Shown in pieces: positions 50,708-62,823 of a DNA stretch of 64,000 nt. How positions within the stretch are numbered: the stretch's first letter is position 1; every line of letters begins with the position of its first letter. The stretch is taken from positions 682,001-746,000 of the forward strand of contig CM039000.1 in assembly GCA_017499595.2 (NCBI GenBank), given 5' to 3'. Source of the DNA: Psilocybe cubensis (Eukaryota). A model generated the notes under the pieces. That model saw nothing but the letters and a program-made list of their open reading frames with translations, did no database searches and was not told the origin of the DNA. The position numbers were made by a program, and so were the translations under genes.

Positions 50708-50933
50708 CTAACCAGACTGGTACAGAGCAGGGCCCGCGACGATGTGGTCGTTCAGCATCGACACATTGACGGGTGAGATGGGGACATTCGTATCGGTGAC
50801 AGCAATAAACATGGTATCGTTGACGATAGGCGCTGTGTTATCGCCATAAACGGGTTCGCGTCAATAAGCCCACCAGAGAGAATAGGAACCGCATGTACAA
50901 CGCTAGCGAGAGAGATAAGGCCTCCGAATAGTT
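50708..50933 (-). pseudogene. Internally deleted remnant of the Rds1/ferritin-like gene
   Basis: 50708-~50852 matches 53044-~53188 (3' end) and ~50853-50933 matches ~54032-54120 (5' end). About 840 bp and the start codon are missing. Confidence 0.88.
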
Positions 50934-51233
50934 ATTCCTGCATTGATTTCCGATCCTGTCTCTGTTCAAATTTGTCCCTCAGGAAGGGTTTTCAGATGTG
51001 AACCAAAATGTTTGAGGCTAAAGTGAAGTGTTGTAACTATACTACCCTTTAAACACATACTGGAGATCAAACAGTCGTTATTGACAAGATTCAAGTCAAC
51101 AAAGTGCTTTCGTTCTCTTCGTTTCTAAGTTTGTTCGGGCCACACGGAATTTACCGGTGGTTACTGTTCCGTGTTACGTGCAACAAGAGCTTGAAGCACC
51201 CACCATCATCAGTACCACTCTCCTCTGGACCCA

Positions 51234-52736
51234 ATGAACGCATCAATCCTGAATCTCCCGATAGAATTATTATCTTTGATTTTTGAACATCACCAAAATC
51301 AAACACAGGAAGAGCCCAACGACCTACTCGCGGAAATTGTTGTATCACACGTCTGCTCTGCCTGGCGATCGATAGCGATAGGACATCCCAAATTGTGGTC
51401 GTGGTACGCATATCGCCACGAGAAAAGGCATAAACAGGAATTAGAGCGACTTGTCGTTTATCTCGAACGATCTTGCAACCATCCTCTGTATTTGTGGTTC
51501 GTACTCCGGTCATATCTCCCTGGCCCACGTATCCTCCACCCTAGGACACACTCCGATTCCAAAGAATCAAGAGCAATTTCTCTATTACAGAAAGCCACAG
51601 AGCACGCTCGCAGATGGCGTTGTATCTCAATCGACATTCGAGGGGAGGAAGAATCCGATCAAAGCTTGTGGAGTTTCTTCTCGCCTCTACAAAATTTATC
51701 TTTCCCAGAACTGGAGACCTTTGAGGTGTACGTGCCACACTTATTGAGCAGTGCTTGCTCAGGTGACTTGTGTGGTGGTGAACTGGCGACTCCTAAGCTG
51801 TGGTTTGTTCGCATAGACCCCATCCCTTTTGCGCACTTCATTCCACCACACAGTATCACAACACTTGAGTTACATTGGGAGTACGGAGACCCATACCCAT
51901 TAATGCCCAATTTTTTCCAAGAATTATGGGATATCATGGCCTCTCCGATGTTGACGACCGTATCCATAATTGGAGAGATGTTGGATGATGAATACGCTAA
52001 GGAGTTCCGGACAAAGAAGAAACGGCTTTCCACCTCTATCAAAAACCTTCGGTGCAGTAGCTCTATATTCTCGAGCGCTATATTTCGTCATTTTCAGTTC
52101 CCTCAGCTGGAAGTGCTCTGGTTGCGGGAGATTGTCCTCCGGGAAATATTTGAGGATGTTCAACCAATCGACCCGACTTCGAAGATCTTTCCTAGTCTAC
52201 GAACTCTTATTCTGCTCAACTGCGAGAGCGCTCAGGATTCATACATAATTACTCTCGCCCAATACACGCAGAATGTGAGGCATCTATTCGTCATCCAAGA
52301 ACCGGATTTTTTAGAAGAGGATCCATTTGACCTTGGAGAACGATCGGTGTTCTTCGTGATAGTCGACGAGAAGATCCTTTCCAATACAACTATATGGCCT
52401 GATCTCGACACCATTACGTTCTCTAGACCAATAGACTATGATGTCTCATCGGAACAAGTTGCATCATGCATCGACATTGTCCAAAAGCGGAAAAAACAAT
52501 GTATGCTCCGCGTCCCCAGGTATAACGCGGAGCGCTGGGAATCAGAAGACCCTGTACTGTGGACGTCATTTTCGGATACAGGAAAGCTCGAGATAATTCC
52601 TGTCGATGCCAACAAGTCGATAGGACGCTGGTTGCCTTGGCCTTTGCGAGAGCCTCAAGGGATCAAACGTCCCGCTGACATCTACGATGGAGATCCATTC
52701 TTGCGTCCTATGGATTCTAGTCTTGAATACCTATGA
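51234..52736 (+). CDS. F-box-like domain protein, intronless, paralog B
   Basis: 500-aa ORF colinear with 48872-50392, with long identical blocks. Confidence 0.9.
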   Translation: MNASILNLPIELLSLIFEHHQNQTQEEPNDLLAEIVVSHVCSAWRSIAIGHPKLWSWYAYRHEKRHKQELERLVVYLERSCNHPLYLWFVLRSYLPGPRILHPRTHSDSKESRAISLLQKATEHARRWRCISIDIRGEEESDQSLWSFFSPLQNLSFPELETFEVYVPHLLSSACSGDLCGGELATPKLWFVRIDPIPFAHFIPPHSITTLELHWEYGDPYPLMPNFFQELWDIMASPMLTTVSIIGEMLDDEYAKEFRTKKKRLSTSIKNLRCSSSIFSSAIFRHFQFPQLEVLWLREIVLREIFEDVQPIDPTSKIFPSLRTLILLNCESAQDSYIITLAQYTQNVRHLFVIQEPDFLEEDPFDLGERSVFFVIVDEKILSNTTIWPDLDTITFSRPIDYDVSSEQVASCIDIVQKRKKQCMLRVPRYNAERWESEDPVLWTSFSDTGKLEIIPVDANKSIGRWLPWPLREPQGIKRPADIYDGDPFLRPMDSSLEYL

Positions 52737-53043
52737 TAGGAGTGGCAATACTTAGGAAATTCGTGCTACGACGGCAGCTGGTTTGATACCTAGATCCCCA
52801 TTGATTGCTGAGGTTAGCATATTACTTTGCTGCTTCCCCACCCGATTGTCCTGATCTCGCAAACCAAGTTGACAGAAGACCGGCGGGTCGCAATGATATG
52901 GTTGGGTTATATCCAGACGAAAAAGGAGTCGAATTTTGAGAAAAAGTAGAAACAAATAAACAAGTAATACAAAAAACGATCCAAAGAAATTTAAACGAAA
53001 TCAAGCCCGAGTCCAAACAAAAGAAATCGAAATTACACTAAAT

Positions 53044-54132
53044 CTAACCAGATTGGTACAGAGCAGGGCCCGCGACGATGTGGTCGTTCAGCATCGACAC
53101 ATTGGCGGGTGAGATGGGGACATTCGTATCGGTGACAGCGATAAACATGGTACCGTTGACGATAGGCGCCGTGTTATCGCCATACACGTTGCCGCTGGGC
53201 TGGATGGTCTGTCCGCTACGTCCGCTGATATTGAAGAGCTCTGTGTAGGTGACGTTGAGCTGGGAAATCCAGGCGACATAGGCGGGAGCACCAGCTGTTG
53301 TGTTCGTCACGTAGCTGTTGTTGTAGCTGACAATCTGGCCGGGAGCATCCCACGTCAAGAAGACTTCGCGTCCAGGGTAGGAGAGGGGCTCGCTGCGGTT
53401 GTGGGTGATAGCAGGGGTGGTGTTGTTGCCAATGATAGAAGTGTTATACAGAGGAGTAGCATCGGGGTTGTTGATAATATTGAGAGCGGGGAAGTTTGTC
53501 CACTCAATGCGCGGGTTTTCAGCGGGGCAGGTGACAAGGTAGGGTGCGAGGAGCGTCCATGCCATCGACTGGGAAATACCTGTCTCGAACCACACAGGCA
53601 TCGGGAACAATCCCTCAAACTGCCTAAAGATCATTTGCTGCCTCGCCTCTGTCGTAATAGACTGCAGTAACAACTGCGCCGCATCGCGCGAGTTCAGGTG
53701 CTCCAGGAATCCATACACACCAGATTCACCAAAGCGCGTGAGCTTCTGGCAGAAGTCGACGAACTCGCGCACAGTTTCGAACGGATACTGGTACGTACAC
53801 TGCTTCGCTGCCCTGGGTCCGAGAATATTGGTGAGCAGTTCTGCGTGCCCGACTTCTTGCTCGGCCATGAATTGGATGAGGTATCGGTCTTCTGCGTTCA
53901 GTCCGGCAGCTTCAAACTCTTCCACTGAGAATTTCGCGAGGCCGTGGTGGAAGAGGTCGAGCTCAATCCACTCCTGATTAAGTGCCAAGTTGATAGACTG
54001 GAAGTCGAAGTCGCTCAGAGGGTGATAATAAGGTTCGCTTCCATTAGTCCCAAGCCCACCAGAGGGAGTAGGAACCGCATGGACAACGCTAGCGAGAGAG
54101 AGAAGGCCTCCGAATAGTTTTGAGAATTTCAT
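53044..54132 (-). CDS. rds1: Secreted ferritin-like domain protein, Rds1-like
   Basis: Signal peptide MKFSKLFGGLLSLASVVHA; SDFDFQSINLALNQEWIELDLF, EQEVGHA, CQKLTRFGESGVYGFL, ITTEARQQMIFRQFEGLFPMPVWF. Intronless, 362 aa. Confidence 0.88.
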   Translation of the reverse strand: MKFSKLFGGLLSLASVVHAVPTPSGGLGTNGSEPYYHPLSDFDFQSINLALNQEWIELDLFHHGLAKFSVEEFEAAGLNAEDRYLIQFMAEQEVGHAELLTNILGPRAAKQCTYQYPFETVREFVDFCQKLTRFGESGVYGFLEHLNSRDAAQLLLQSITTEARQQMIFRQFEGLFPMPVWFETGISQSMAWTLLAPYLVTCPAENPRIEWTNFPALNIINNPDATPLYNTSIIGNNTTPAITHNRSEPLSYPGREVFLTWDAPGQIVSYNNSYVTNTTAGAPAYVAWISQLNVTYTELFNISGRSGQTIQPSGNVYGDNTAPIVNGTMFIAVTDTNVPISPANVSMLNDHIVAGPALYQSG

Positions 54133-55054
54133 GCTGAAGACGGTTGTGATAGGACTCGAAGGGGTATCTGGATATCTAAAGAAGAGCAGGTGAACCTGAT
54201 GAAGAATACAGCTGCTTGTTTGCATGTTTATATACACCCGCAGGGCGAGTAGGAGATCATGTTTGAGTCTGGCTCGTAAATTTGCTCGGAAAGATCGATA
54301 ATGTCCCGGTCAGGGCTGAATATCGGGTGGAAAGCCTAACTCGCCCATTGCTCAGCGCTACAATCAGCATCGAAAAAACTAGCAGAAATACGGTATCCCG
54401 GAGCTTAGCGTGCGTCAATGTGCGGATACTCTGAAATGGTTTCCGCCTGGTGTAGCGCGATCGCTCTGGACCGAAATACAGAAGCAATGTTGCAGACTAA
54501 TCGATGCCGATGGCTTTGGAAACTGAAAGCTGGAGAAAGACCTTTCATATGACTCCTATATTAAAAATTGTTCGTTTGAATGAAGCCATCGACTGGTTGA
54601 GGATCACAAGAAGTTGGTGCCGAGTTGGGCGGAGTTGGATAAGATTATTAGTCTTGTAGTATCTGACTATACATATGCTCACATTGGCAAGCCTTTGCGT
54701 ATAGCATAGGCAATTATAAACGCAGGCCCTGTACCTATCGTCGGCATTTAATGCCATGGTTGGAGGGATATCACTTTCAAACAGTCGTGAGCGTGTAAAA
54801 ACATTAGCGTAGGACATTCAGTATAATTGTAACTCCGCTGCCGCTGCTGGCAGGAACCACTGCACGAGGTGTTTTGTTGCCTACAATATCTCGGAAGTCG
54901 TTGTTGAAGAGTCGCAATTTAATAGGTGGTCAAATCAAGGAAAAATCAGGTATGTATTCGACATTTTAAAACTACAGAATTGTTCACAAATTGGCACACT
55001 AGTATTACAGTCAAGTCCATCGTATCTTTGTCGTATCTCCAAAGATGAACAGAA

Positions 55055-56120
55055 TCATTTTTTCTCCTTCATCCCAACTGTAGTCCTGATCATGTTTGCA
55101 ATTTGCTTATCTTTGGCCTGCTCCAATGCCGACTCGTTGTTCTGAGGACCTTCTCTCAAGATGTGCTCTTGGAACATGTCGATTGCTGCGCATATTGTAA
55201 GCCTCAAATTTATACAAAATTTTGAAAATTCGCGTACCTTTATCCAGTCTGTCCTCCTCCTCCTCGCCCTTGGAGCCACCACCAAGTGAATGGTTGATCT
55301 TGTTCATCAGTCCCTGCGGCTTCTGCTGCTCCTGTTTCTTAGGCCCAACAACGACCTCCGAGATTTGGTGGATAAGACTGGGATTCGGTGGAGGAGCCTC
55401 ATCTTTTTTGCCCACGACAGCTTCAGTCAACTTGCCGACCAAGTTCTGCGGCTTCTGAGGCGCTGGTGCAGGCGGAGGTGTCTGCTTGCGGCCAATAGCA
55501 TCTCCGATTTTGGATAGTAGATTCTCCTCTTTACGAGGAGCGGGTGCAGGAGGCGGGGTCTGTTTCCCGGAAATTGCGTCGCCAATCTTGTGGAATATAT
55601 TTTCATCTTTGCGTGGTGCAGGTGCAGCTACGGGTGCGGGAGGTGGGGTGGATGGTTTGCCTGAAATCGCGTCGCCGATCTTGGAGAAGAGGTCGTCTTT
55701 ACGCGACGAAGCGGGTGCAGGGGTGGGTGCAGCAACAGAAACAGGCGGGGGTGTCTTCCTTCCGGACAGCGCGTCTCCGATCTTGGAAAATATATCCTCT
55801 TTGCCAGATGAAGAAGCGGGAACAGCAAAGGGGGCAGGGTCAGGGGCAGCCTCTGGTGTCTTACGGCCGGAAAGTGCTCCCCCGATCTTCGAGAAGATAT
55901 CTTCTTTGTTCGATGCGGTGGATGGTGTTGGAGCGGTGGCAACTTGGGGAGCAGGCGCAGAGGCGGTTGGAGTGGGGGATTTGTGCTCATTCAAAGCATC
56001 TCCCAGTTTGTTCAAGAAAGATCCGGCGCGCGATGCTGTGGAAGGCTGGGACGTGGGCTCGGTATGATTGTCAGAAGACTGCTTCTTGTCGTCGAGGTGG
56101 AGATTTTTGAGGAAGTCCAT
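55055..56120 (-). CDS. Hydrophilic Pro/Ala/Lys repeat protein with conserved fungal C-terminal domain (DDR48-like annotation family)
   Basis: Several KEDIFSKIGDAxSGRKTPPP repeats; one intron (~55188-55237) joins GGGSKGEEEEDRLDK to AIDMFQEHILREGPQNNESALEQAKDKQIANMIR. Confidence 0.75.
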
Positions 56121-57404
56121 GTTTCACAAAGTTACGGCTCCTTGAAAGGGGTAGTGTCGAATAGGAGGAGATTCACAAGCAGGTGGGCAGGACAAGGAAA
56201 ACACTGACGACGACGGGGTATTTGTACTGTAAACGACAACGGCGTTACCCCTGCGTCATCTCCCCAGGGATCAGCCCCTGCTATCTGCAGTGCGCCTCGT
56301 TGCCGTTGCTGTGCTACATATCGGCTGCTATCAATGGCGATCCATTCGCTTGGCATTGGAGAACTGCCTCTACAGTCCATCGATTGTGATGTCTTCGGAC
56401 TAACTAAGCCCTTTGTAGTCCTTCGGACTGTTTTCATGTTCTGGACAGCTTGTATGAGAGGATATATCGGAATGAACTTGTCAAGTAAGGTAAGATTTAT
56501 CTCCTTTTCTCTTGTAACGTTCTGGTAAACGCGTTTAGGGGCTATTCAGGGCCTTGTCCCGTTCTCTCCTGCGCCGCGATGTTCCTTGTTGTCTTGCGAG
56601 GTCTACCGCTCAATGCTCAGGCTCTAATATCTCCTTGTTGACGCTTGATGCTTCAACTTTGTCCCCACTAGCATGCACTATCTCCAACCCTTGCTTCTCA
56701 CCTCGAAGCTCTCTCGCCAAGGGTCTTTGCACTGTCTACAATGTCGCCGAAGCAATACCTCTCTATATGCCTGTTCTTGCCGACTTCAAGCTCGTGTAAA
56801 GAGCGTGTTTCGCTCAAGCTTTGCTGCGCACCGCGAGGCAACAATGCAATGCCCAACTTCTGTTTAATTGCCCTGGCTCCTTTGTGTCCTCGATGCTCGA
56901 TTCAGATGCTCTAATGTGATGACTGCTTTAGTACTCGCGATGCTGACGATCTTGCTTACAGAGCCTTTGAAAGAGAACGACCTTAACCTATGTGGACAGC
57001 TCGTTCATTGTGATTTGTGGTTTTCATCTGTGCTCGTTGCTGTCACTGTGCTTTTGTCTGCCTCGAACATAGACTGTGCGGACAATCCAAGTTCTATACT
57101 TTCACATTTGAATCCTGGACAGCCCCAGCGATAAAGGGCCAGGATGAAAGGCAATCATTTAAAATTATTTGGAAAGCGATCAGGTCTCCTTCTTCGAGAC
57201 CCTTCAAATTGCATCCTGAATCGTCTTACGTACATTAGTACGAGGGGCCTGGTGACGATACCTTCGTGGAAATGGATCAAAGCTGACCAATGAAAAGTAA
57301 AGTGTTCATTCATTTCTATCGATTTGACGCGATTTTTTGGCAGGGATGATGACTTGAACACGTAGTAGGAAAATGGATTCTTTCTGTAAAACGGAAGACA
57401 GAAA

Positions 57405-57458
57405 GAATGTGCCCCAGAGGATGTGCCTCTACAAGTTTCTTTATCTCAAGTCTGTCAA
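57405..57458 (+). pseudogene. F-box gene N-terminal fragment
   Basis: Translates ECAPEDVPLQVSLSQVCQ versus HASEDVPLQVAISQVCR in 60816-62294. Confidence 0.65.
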
Positions 57459-58330
57459 CTACCCTTCACATCGTCGCAGCACACCGTCGTAGAACCAGAA
57501 AAATATATTGGATCCCAATCATAGTCGCGGAGAGAAGCCATGCCCCCCTACCCTGAACTCTCTTTCCGTTACTGGAGTTAGGATATAGCGTAAATTACAA
57601 ACAAAGGCAAGTACTTAGCGCAAAGGTGAATTCTTTAAGTTTAAGGCGAGTTGCTTCTGGGGTATTTGAGTGTAGCGTTTTTATATCTAGACAGCCGATA
57701 TTCTTCGAAACGCTCGGAACATACGACATTCAGGCTCACCGCTCATAAACGATTGATAATTATTGTTAGGAGAAATCCATCCATGGTCCGTCTTTTCCTG
57801 TACGATTTTTACTTGCTTCAAGACATTCACTCCCGTCTTTTTTGTTACTTAGATGGACTTTACCCAGCCGAACAAGCTGCCGAATATGTCATAAACTAGT
57901 ACGTACTTGAGTAATAAGTTGAAAACCTGACATTGTATGGATTGTTATCACTCGAAGTTAAGGCCCCTGAGTTCGACATTACTGTCTGGCCGCCTGAGGA
58001 TAACAAGCCATGCAACTCTTTTTAGCCTTTTTTATTGGCTTCAAAGAGTCACATTCCAGATAATTAGATTAGGCGGTAAAGTAAACGAGGCTCGTCAAGA
58101 TTATTGTAACAAGAAACGATTGAACTGACATTATTTAGCTTGTTCATACCTGGAACCCGAGGAGCGGCGACAAGCCTACTTTTCTAGAAGGATACTATTA
58201 GACCAATCAAACTTGGGAACGTCGTGCCAAAACGTGGTTATGTCATGACGAGGTATAAAAGGGATGCCGATATTCACCCATCTCTCAGAAAGCTTAGTAT
58301 CTTTCCTCACCCAACCCTCTCATAATTAAA

Positions 58331-58708
58331 ATGAGGTTTCTCTCGTTTGCTCTCGCCATCGTTACTCTTCCCTTCATGGTTTCAGCGGATGCCACTGGTG
58401 AGCCTCAATGCAAGCCACTCTGTTGCGACGCTGTTGTCCCGAGTGCCCGTTCCAATGGAAACGTCGGCTGTGTGTATTCTTCAGCTCTATGATATGTCCT
58501 AAAAACTCTTGTGCTAATAATTATCTCCTTACAAAGTAAATTGCACGCCTGTTGGAATTGTCGAGTGTGGGTTCAACGGTCAAGTAGACGCATGCTGTAC
58601 TCGTGTGGTATGTTAATAACTTATAGCCTTACGTGTCTAGACGATTATTAATGCTTGCTTTAGGTTCCTTCAGAAGCTTTCAAGGGTACCGGCGTTGGTT
58701 GCAACTAG
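58331..58708 (+). CDS. Small secreted 8-Cys hydrophobin-like protein (2 introns)
   Basis: Spliced MRFLSFALAIVTLPFMVSADATGEPQCKPLCCDAVVPSARSNGNVGLNCTPVGIVECGFNGQVDACCTRVVPSEAFKGTGVGCN*. TATAAAA at ~58254. Confidence 0.85.
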
Positions 58709-59249
58709 AATACTTTTGGGTATTAATACGCTCAGCGCAATCCATGTGGAATGTAGTCGGAGGAATAATAGAACACGTTGAATTTTGTTACTTCAGTGAA
58801 ATTGTTGATATCATCGCTGTTATTGTTCAACTTGTTTTCCCAATGTCGCCCAAATAATTCAAGCCTTCAAGTTTTATCGCCAAGTCCCCTGCACCAGGAG
58901 AGATCCGGCATATGACGATAAAGCTCGGCGCGGCTTCTCACGCGCACGGCTGGGACTCAAACGCGTGGCAGCGTCGCGCTTCAATTGCACCTTGTACTTC
59001 CACCACCACCTTCATCGTCAATACCAAAAGTAATATTCGGACGTGGTGCGTGCCTCACAAGTTTTTACTGAACAAGGGCAGGCTCTGAAGTTGTATCGTA
59101 ACTTATTCGCAGCCTTCGAGCTTTACATAGAACGCGTGTCGGCGTAATTGTATCGGCATTGCCATCGGTGCACTCGACGACGGCTACACTCCTTCCTCAT
59201 TAGAAAAGTCCTATCTTAATATCAGTATATTCTTCGAATCTAGAGCCCA

Positions 59250-60287
59250 ATGGCATCCGCGAAACTCGCAACCCTCATTATCAGGGTGAGCATACCAACC
59301 AATTCACAGCTCCAACTCCTCATTTTTTATGCTGATTTTGACTTGTATTTGCTTAGACGCTGGCCAAACCCATCTCCACTCGAATCAAGGAACAGGCGCG
59401 GCAGTGAGTGCTTCTCTCTCTCCGTGTCCTGTCGTGTTTGTACTATATCGACGACGGTGCCCAGGCATGAGCGATTCCGCGGGCTGTGCGTCAACCTCGC
59501 GCAGTTCATGTACCGCTCCGAGGTGAAGCTGCGTACCAATATCCTCGGCGAGCCAGCTAAACACATTCGCCCACTCTCCGAAGCAAAGTGCGTTCCCTTC
59601 CCAAGCACAAGCTCAAACAAGAACGACTGACTGACCGCGTAGAGCCATCGACAACGGCGCAAATGCGCTGGCAGAAGGATTCCTCTTTACTGTTGCTGCG
59701 GCGCTCATCATCGGAGAAACGTGGCGCTCGTCGCGTAATCAAAGCAAGCGGCGCGATACCGTCGACGACCAACTCGAGGATCTGGGTGCGCGCATTGCGG
59801 GGCTGAACACGCGAATTGAAGAGATGGCGCAGAAGTGGGAGGAGGAGCGGAGTGCGGAGACACAAAGGTGCGTGATCACAATTCTCCTTGTCAACATCAT
59901 TGGCTCATGCAACCCTTCAGAAACGACGAGCTCGCGCGTATACTTGAACGCGTCGTTGAGATCGGCCTGCGCGGCGGCTGGGTAGAGTTCAAGGACACAC
60001 CCGTCCAGCTGCCCCGCGTCCAGCTCGCCCCGCCCGCGCTCGTGCAGCTGCGGGGTGGGGCGGGACTGCTACCTTCTTCCTCATCCTCATCACAGTCCGC
60101 AGACACTGACGCGTTCCCAACCCCCGTCGCGCACACGGGCCCCACGTCTGTGTTTGTCTCCGCGTCGCTGCCTGAGCCGCTGCCTTCTTCCTCTCCCAAT
60201 ACGTCCTCGTCTCATCCCCCATCTAATTCCACATCCCGGGAACCGGATTCAACGCCGAAAGTGGTACCGGGGAACGTGCGGGATTAG
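59250..60287 (+). CDS. OPA3: OPA3-family mitochondrial protein
   Basis: Spliced MASAKLATLIIRTLAKPISTRIKEQARQHERFRGLCVNLAQ...IRPLSEAKAIDNGANALAEGFLFTVAAALIIGETWRS, followed by a coiled coil. Confidence 0.9.
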
Positions 60288-60815
60288 CTTGAATGTGGGT
60301 GTGCGTTCTGGGTTACATCAAACATCTGTGGCCCACCTAACCGTTATCGTTTGTTGCTCATTATTCTGGGGGAAACTTCTGTCACCACGTTTTGAGTGTT
60401 GAAGATCCTCAAGCTTCAAGGTTGACAAGTACCGAGCCCTTTACGCGTTCGTATCCTTTTCATTCGCATGTTCAAAGTTCACATGCAATCTAAAGTGAAC
60501 GTCAATTGGAACAACATGACATGTGGTCTGCAAATCGTAGACCTCAGGTTATTGTGATTCCGAAATTATCAACGTCGGAATGAGATGCGCGGTCACACAT
60601 AAGTAATGAAAATAACTATATAAAAGCATACGGAGTATTAGAACACATCTGATATCGCCAATACCAGGCCAAATCAGCTAGAAGTGAATTATATATGGAG
60701 AAACGAATTGAAACATCCTTGCAAATTATTACAGCCATACAAGAATTCTGAAAGCGTTAAGCAGAAGTGCGATATGTTGCATCAGCGACCGTAATCCTAC
60801 TTGATAATAAGCCAT

Positions 60816-62294
60816 CTAACTTTTGAAGATGCCACCGGTTGAGGCAGCATAGAAAGGATCTCTAGTCCCATGTCCCAAGCCTTCAGATTCCCCAACACCA
60901 CTTCGTGCAGGCCACGGTGGCAAAAACATCTGCAAATTTTGACCGGCGATAACCTCAAGCACACCCGAGTCTTCGAGCTCCCGCCACAATCCATCATCCA
61001 AAACTTTGTAGCGATCCACAATAAACGAAGGAAGGCGAACCGTGCCCCTTTCCCGTCCTTCCAAAGCATACCGGCGATAGATTCGGATATCATCTTCATC
61101 CTGCCAACTGTCGTAAGCTTGATTGACGAAGAAGGTAAGGTTTTTGCAGTAGTTGTCGCGACTATGCAGAAACCCTTCAAGTATGTGCAGCATAAGGTTG
61201 TAAAAACTACATTTGTAGTTCATCCGAAAAGCCCCTTTTAGAACATACAAATGGGAAATGTTGTTGGCGTGTTTGGCGATGGAATAGACGAAATGTTCAG
61301 ACTCGTTTAATCCACAATCAATAAATGCCAGAGTGCGCAATGCGGGGAAGATGCCGCCTAGGATACTGGGGGGAAATTTCCATGCGATGTGGGCGATGGT
61401 GAGGTCCTTGAGGGTCAACGACTCTAGCTGAGGATAGCGAATGCGGAAGAATAAGGTAGGTGCAGCGATGGTGTTGCTACAGCGCAGATGCTTCAAGTTG
61501 CTAACTTTTGCCTGGACATTTTCATAATATTCTGCAGGTGGCGACATTCTTGAAGGCACTCCACGGATAGAAAAGGAGATCAGAGTTGGAGACGCAATGA
61601 CTTCCCTCAACGCTAGTAAAATTGGGCTTCTATGTATGCTGCTGGATGTCCATTCTATTTCCAACGTCGTAATGTTCTGCGACAGTGTGAACGACAACAG
61701 CGTAATAGCGTCAATCCGGATAAAGTTCAATTTGGGGGCCATTCCAGCCAAAGCGCTAACGTATTCTGGAGAAGCAAACCTCTCGGAGGTAATCAACTCA
61801 AAGGTCTCCAAATTCGGCAGGGAGATTTGCTGCAAGAAAACCAAGGGGCTTTGGGGAGGATCTGGATATGTCTCCTCTGTTTCTCCATCGATGTGCACTA
61901 AAATTCGGCGCCATCGACCTGCATGCTCTGTAGCTTTCTGAACCAAAGAAAGTGCCCTAGATTCGACAGAAAGGCTACTGGTTGGACGTAAGACGGGTTT
62001 CTTAATCAGATCATACGGTTCCAGCCTGAATGATAGGTCCAAGAGTTGGTTGTGGGATCTTTCTAGGTAGTGAGCAAGCCGGTCAAGCTCCTTGATGAAA
62101 TTCTTCCCGTTCCAATACGTGTACTGTGACCAAAGCTTTGGACTTCCAATAGCCACTGCACGCCAGGACCGACAGACTTGAGATATAGCCACTTGCAGAG
62201 GCACGTCTTCTGAGGCGTGTGCCCCTGGAGCATGACAAGCCTCTTCAAATATAATTTGGAGTATTTCAGTAGGAGCATCCATTGCGGCGTGCAT
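60816..62294 (-). CDS. F-box-like domain protein, intronless, paralog C
   Basis: APTEILQIIFEE...ISQVCRSWRAVAIGSPKLWS...YLERSHNQLL...ESRALSLVQKATEHAGRWRR; same subfamily as 48872 and 51234. Confidence 0.88.
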   Translation of the reverse strand: MHAAMDAPTEILQIIFEEACHAPGAHASEDVPLQVAISQVCRSWRAVAIGSPKLWSQYTYWNGKNFIKELDRLAHYLERSHNQLLDLSFRLEPYDLIKKPVLRPTSSLSVESRALSLVQKATEHAGRWRRILVHIDGETEETYPDPPQSPLVFLQQISLPNLETFELITSERFASPEYVSALAGMAPKLNFIRIDAITLLSFTLSQNITTLEIEWTSSSIHRSPILLALREVIASPTLISFSIRGVPSRMSPPAEYYENVQAKVSNLKHLRCSNTIAAPTLFFRIRYPQLESLTLKDLTIAHIAWKFPPSILGGIFPALRTLAFIDCGLNESEHFVYSIAKHANNISHLYVLKGAFRMNYKCSFYNLMLHILEGFLHSRDNYCKNLTFFVNQAYDSWQDEDDIRIYRRYALEGRERGTVRLPSFIVDRYKVLDDGLWRELEDSGVLEVIAGQNLQMFLPPWPARSGVGESEGLGHGTRDPFYAASTGGIFKS

Positions 62295-62534
62295 AGTGCG
62301 ACTAGAGTGCGCGTCCTCCGTAATGCGATGTCGGTGAGTGTACAAGTTTGAAGAGAGTAAATTTTGAACCTTGTGCTTACGTGGCCCTTGTTCCCACTCT
62401 CGACAGTGAGAGCACTGATCATATTCCTGTGAATGTGAGCCAGTCAGAATCTTATATCGATGATTGCAGATTTAACTGGGGGGTACGGGGGTGGACTTGC
62501 ATTTACGGCTCGCCATGCGGTCCGTGTCATCAGG

Positions 62535-62815
62535 TACGTTGAGGCAGCATAGAACGGATCTCTAGTCCTATGTCCAGTCATTTTGTCTTCAGATATTTTA
62601 CAATTACCAGAGAAATTGAAGGCAAGGAAATAATGCACCAGTGTAACATTATCTTTGGATTGTGGACCTCTGACAGTTATGATTCTTTCAAATATCTCAA
62701 CATAGTCCAGATCCGGTGTAACAAAATTGTATATATGCTTTTCCAGTATTTCTCCTTGATACATATTTGTTGTCCTCTCTTTTCCTTCATCTTTGCTAGA
62801 AATGTTGCCCAAATA
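62535..62815 (-). pseudogene. F-box gene C-terminal relic
   Basis: 62538-62575 closely matches 60838-60875 (GHRTRDPFYAAST vs GHGTRDPFYAAST); the rest is degenerate. Confidence 0.65.
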
Positions 62816-62823
62816 GTTGTATC

